64,000 nucleotides of DNA from an uncultured delta proteobacterium (GTDB lineage: Bacteria > Desulfobacterota > Desulfobacteria > Desulfobacterales > SpSt-501), in NCBI GenBank assembly GCA_963791285.1, contig CAWBSC010000024.1, positions 286,578-350,577 on the forward strand, given 5' to 3'. The notes below the pieces were generated by a model. That model saw only the letters and a list, made by a program, of their open reading frames with translations, made no database searches and was not told the origin of the DNA. The position numbers and the translations under genes are program-made. Positions 62,643 to 64,000 of this stretch are shown here, one piece after another; position 1 is the first letter of the stretch, and each line of letters starts with the position of its first letter.

Positions 62643-64000
62643 CTACACAGTCGCTTTGGAGTGTTCAAAGAAATAGCGCCCCGTGTGCAGGCTGCTCGGG
62701 CCCAGGCGCACGAACTTCACCATGAGGTAGGCGGCGGCGATCATGAACGCCGTGTAGAGCAGCACCATCGCGGCGATGCTTCCGATCACATCCCCCGTGG
62801 ACAGGGTGGACGTGGCCAGCAGCGTGGGCAGCACCTCGCCGATGCTCCAGGGCTGGCGGCCGTACTCGGCCACGATCCAGCCGAGCTCGGCCGCGATCCA
62901 GGGAGCCGGCATGCTGAAAACAATCAGTTTCAGCAGCCAGCGTTTTTGGTCGAACACCCGCCGGGCGCAGAAGTAGAAGGAGACGGCAATCAGCGCCAGC
63001 AGGTAGAACCCCAGGCCGGCCATGACGCGGAAGCTCCAGAACATGACCCCCACGTTGGGGATCGTGTCCAGCGCCGCGCGGCGGATCTGCTCGGGGGTGG
63101 CGTCGACGACCTTGGGCGTGTAGCGCATCAGGAGCAGGCCGTAGCCCAGGTGCTGCTTGAGGCCGGTGAACTCCTGGAGCAGCGCCGGGGAGCTGTCGCC
63201 GGCGCGCAGTTTCTGGAGCAGGCCGTAGGCCTTCATCCCCTTTTCGATGCGGACCTCGCTTTCCGCCACCAGCTCCTTGACCCCCTTGATGGGTTTGTCC
63301 AGGGAGCGGGTCACGATGAGGCCGCCCAGCCATGGGACCGTGATGTCCCCGCGCGTGGTCTGGGCCTCCTGGTCCGGAAAGCCGAACAGGGTGAGGGAGG
63401 CCGGCGGCGGCTCGGTTTCCCAGGCGGCCTCGATGGTGGCGAGCTTGACCTTCTGCACCTGGCCGACCTCGTAGCCGCTTTCGTCCCCCAGCACGATGAC
63501 CGAGCAGACCGAGGCCAGTCCGAACCCGACGGCCACCGCGAACGAGCGCCGCGCGAAGGCCACGTCGCGGCCCTTGAGCAGGTAGAACGCACTCACGCCC
63601 AGCACGAACATCGAGGCGGTCACGTAGCCGGCGGCGACGGTGTGCACGAACTTGACCTGGGCGACCGGGTTGAAGAAGAGGTCCGCGAAGCTCATGAGCT
63701 CCATGCGCATGGTGGCAGGGTTGAACTCGGCCCCGACCGGGTTCTGCATCCAGGCGTTGGCCACCAGGATCCAGAGCGCGGAGAGATTGGAGCCGAGCGC
63801 CACCAGGAAGGTCGACAGCAGGTGGGCCCGCTTGCTCAGGCGGTTCCACCCGAAGAAGAACAGGCCCACGAAGGTGGACTCGAGGAAGAAGGCCATGAGG
63901 CCCTCGATGGCGAGCGGTGCGCCGAAGATGTCGCCGACATAATGCGAGTAGTAGGCCCAGTTGGTGCCGAACTGGAACTCCATGGTGATGCCGGTGGTCA
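62643..64000 (-). CDS. cydA: cytochrome bd ubiquinol oxidase subunit I (5' end outside the window), long Q-loop
   Basis: EFQFGTNW, FFLESTF, WMQNP, KFVH, KLATIEA, EYGRQPW. Confidence 0.96.
   Translation of the reverse strand, partial: TTGITMEFQFGTNWAYYSHYVGDIFGAPLAIEGLMAFFLESTFVGLFFFGWNRLSKRAHLLSTFLVALGSNLSALWILVANAWMQNPVGAEFNPATMRMELMSFADLFFNPVAQVKFVHTVAAGYVTASMFVLGVSAFYLLKGRDVAFARRSFAVAVGFGLASVCSVIVLGDESGYEVGQVQKVKLATIEAAWETEPPPASLTLFGFPDQEAQTTRGDITVPWLGGLIVTRSLDKPIKGVKELVAESEVRIEKGMKAYGLLQKLRAGDSSPALLQEFTGLKQHLGYGLLLMRYTPKVVDATPEQIRRAALDTIPNVGVMFWSFRVMAGLGFYLLALIAVSFYFCARRVFDQKRWLLKLIVFSMPAPWIAAELGWIVAEYGRQPWSIGEVLPTLLATSTLSTGDVIGSIAAMVLLYTAFMIAAAYLMVKFVRLGPSSLHTGRYFFEHSKATV

Overview
GC-rich bacterial DNA. 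Gene content (periplasmic Sec-type formate dehydrogenase, HdrBC, DUF3786, ASKHA/RACo activator) suggests a Desulfobacterota/deltaproteobacterial genome (inference). Single-base frameshifts break many ordinary genes (proB, fdhA, pckG, arsM), so most indels are probably assembly errors. From left to right: ASKHA protein; ArsR plus a DUF318/SO_0444-type permease with an in-frame UGA and SECIS-like hairpin; fdhD; rplU-rpmA-obgE-proBA-nadD-rsfS; an unusual SBP/histidine kinase/REC-STAS/TlpA/GAF-rhodanese/DoxX cluster; Sec-fdhA-fdhB-fdhE; pckG; a racemase/TAXI-TRAP/HcnABC-like amino-acid oxidation cluster; a ~20 kb metal(loid)-thiol island (three ArsR, arsM, arsP, arsN2, acr3, CDF, CcdA, thioredoxins, a sigma-54-driven ABC system); hdrCB; MFS; cydAB-tautomerase-cydX. 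The main hidden signal is selenocysteine recoding in metal(loid) handling. There are three UGA+SECIS-like sites: the permease (PL-U-SC), FdhA, and an unannotated decayed MerB-like organomercurial-lyase gene lying head-to-head with the arsR-arsM operon. Two families of small intergenic repeats are also present. All family assignments come from motif recognition without database searches.
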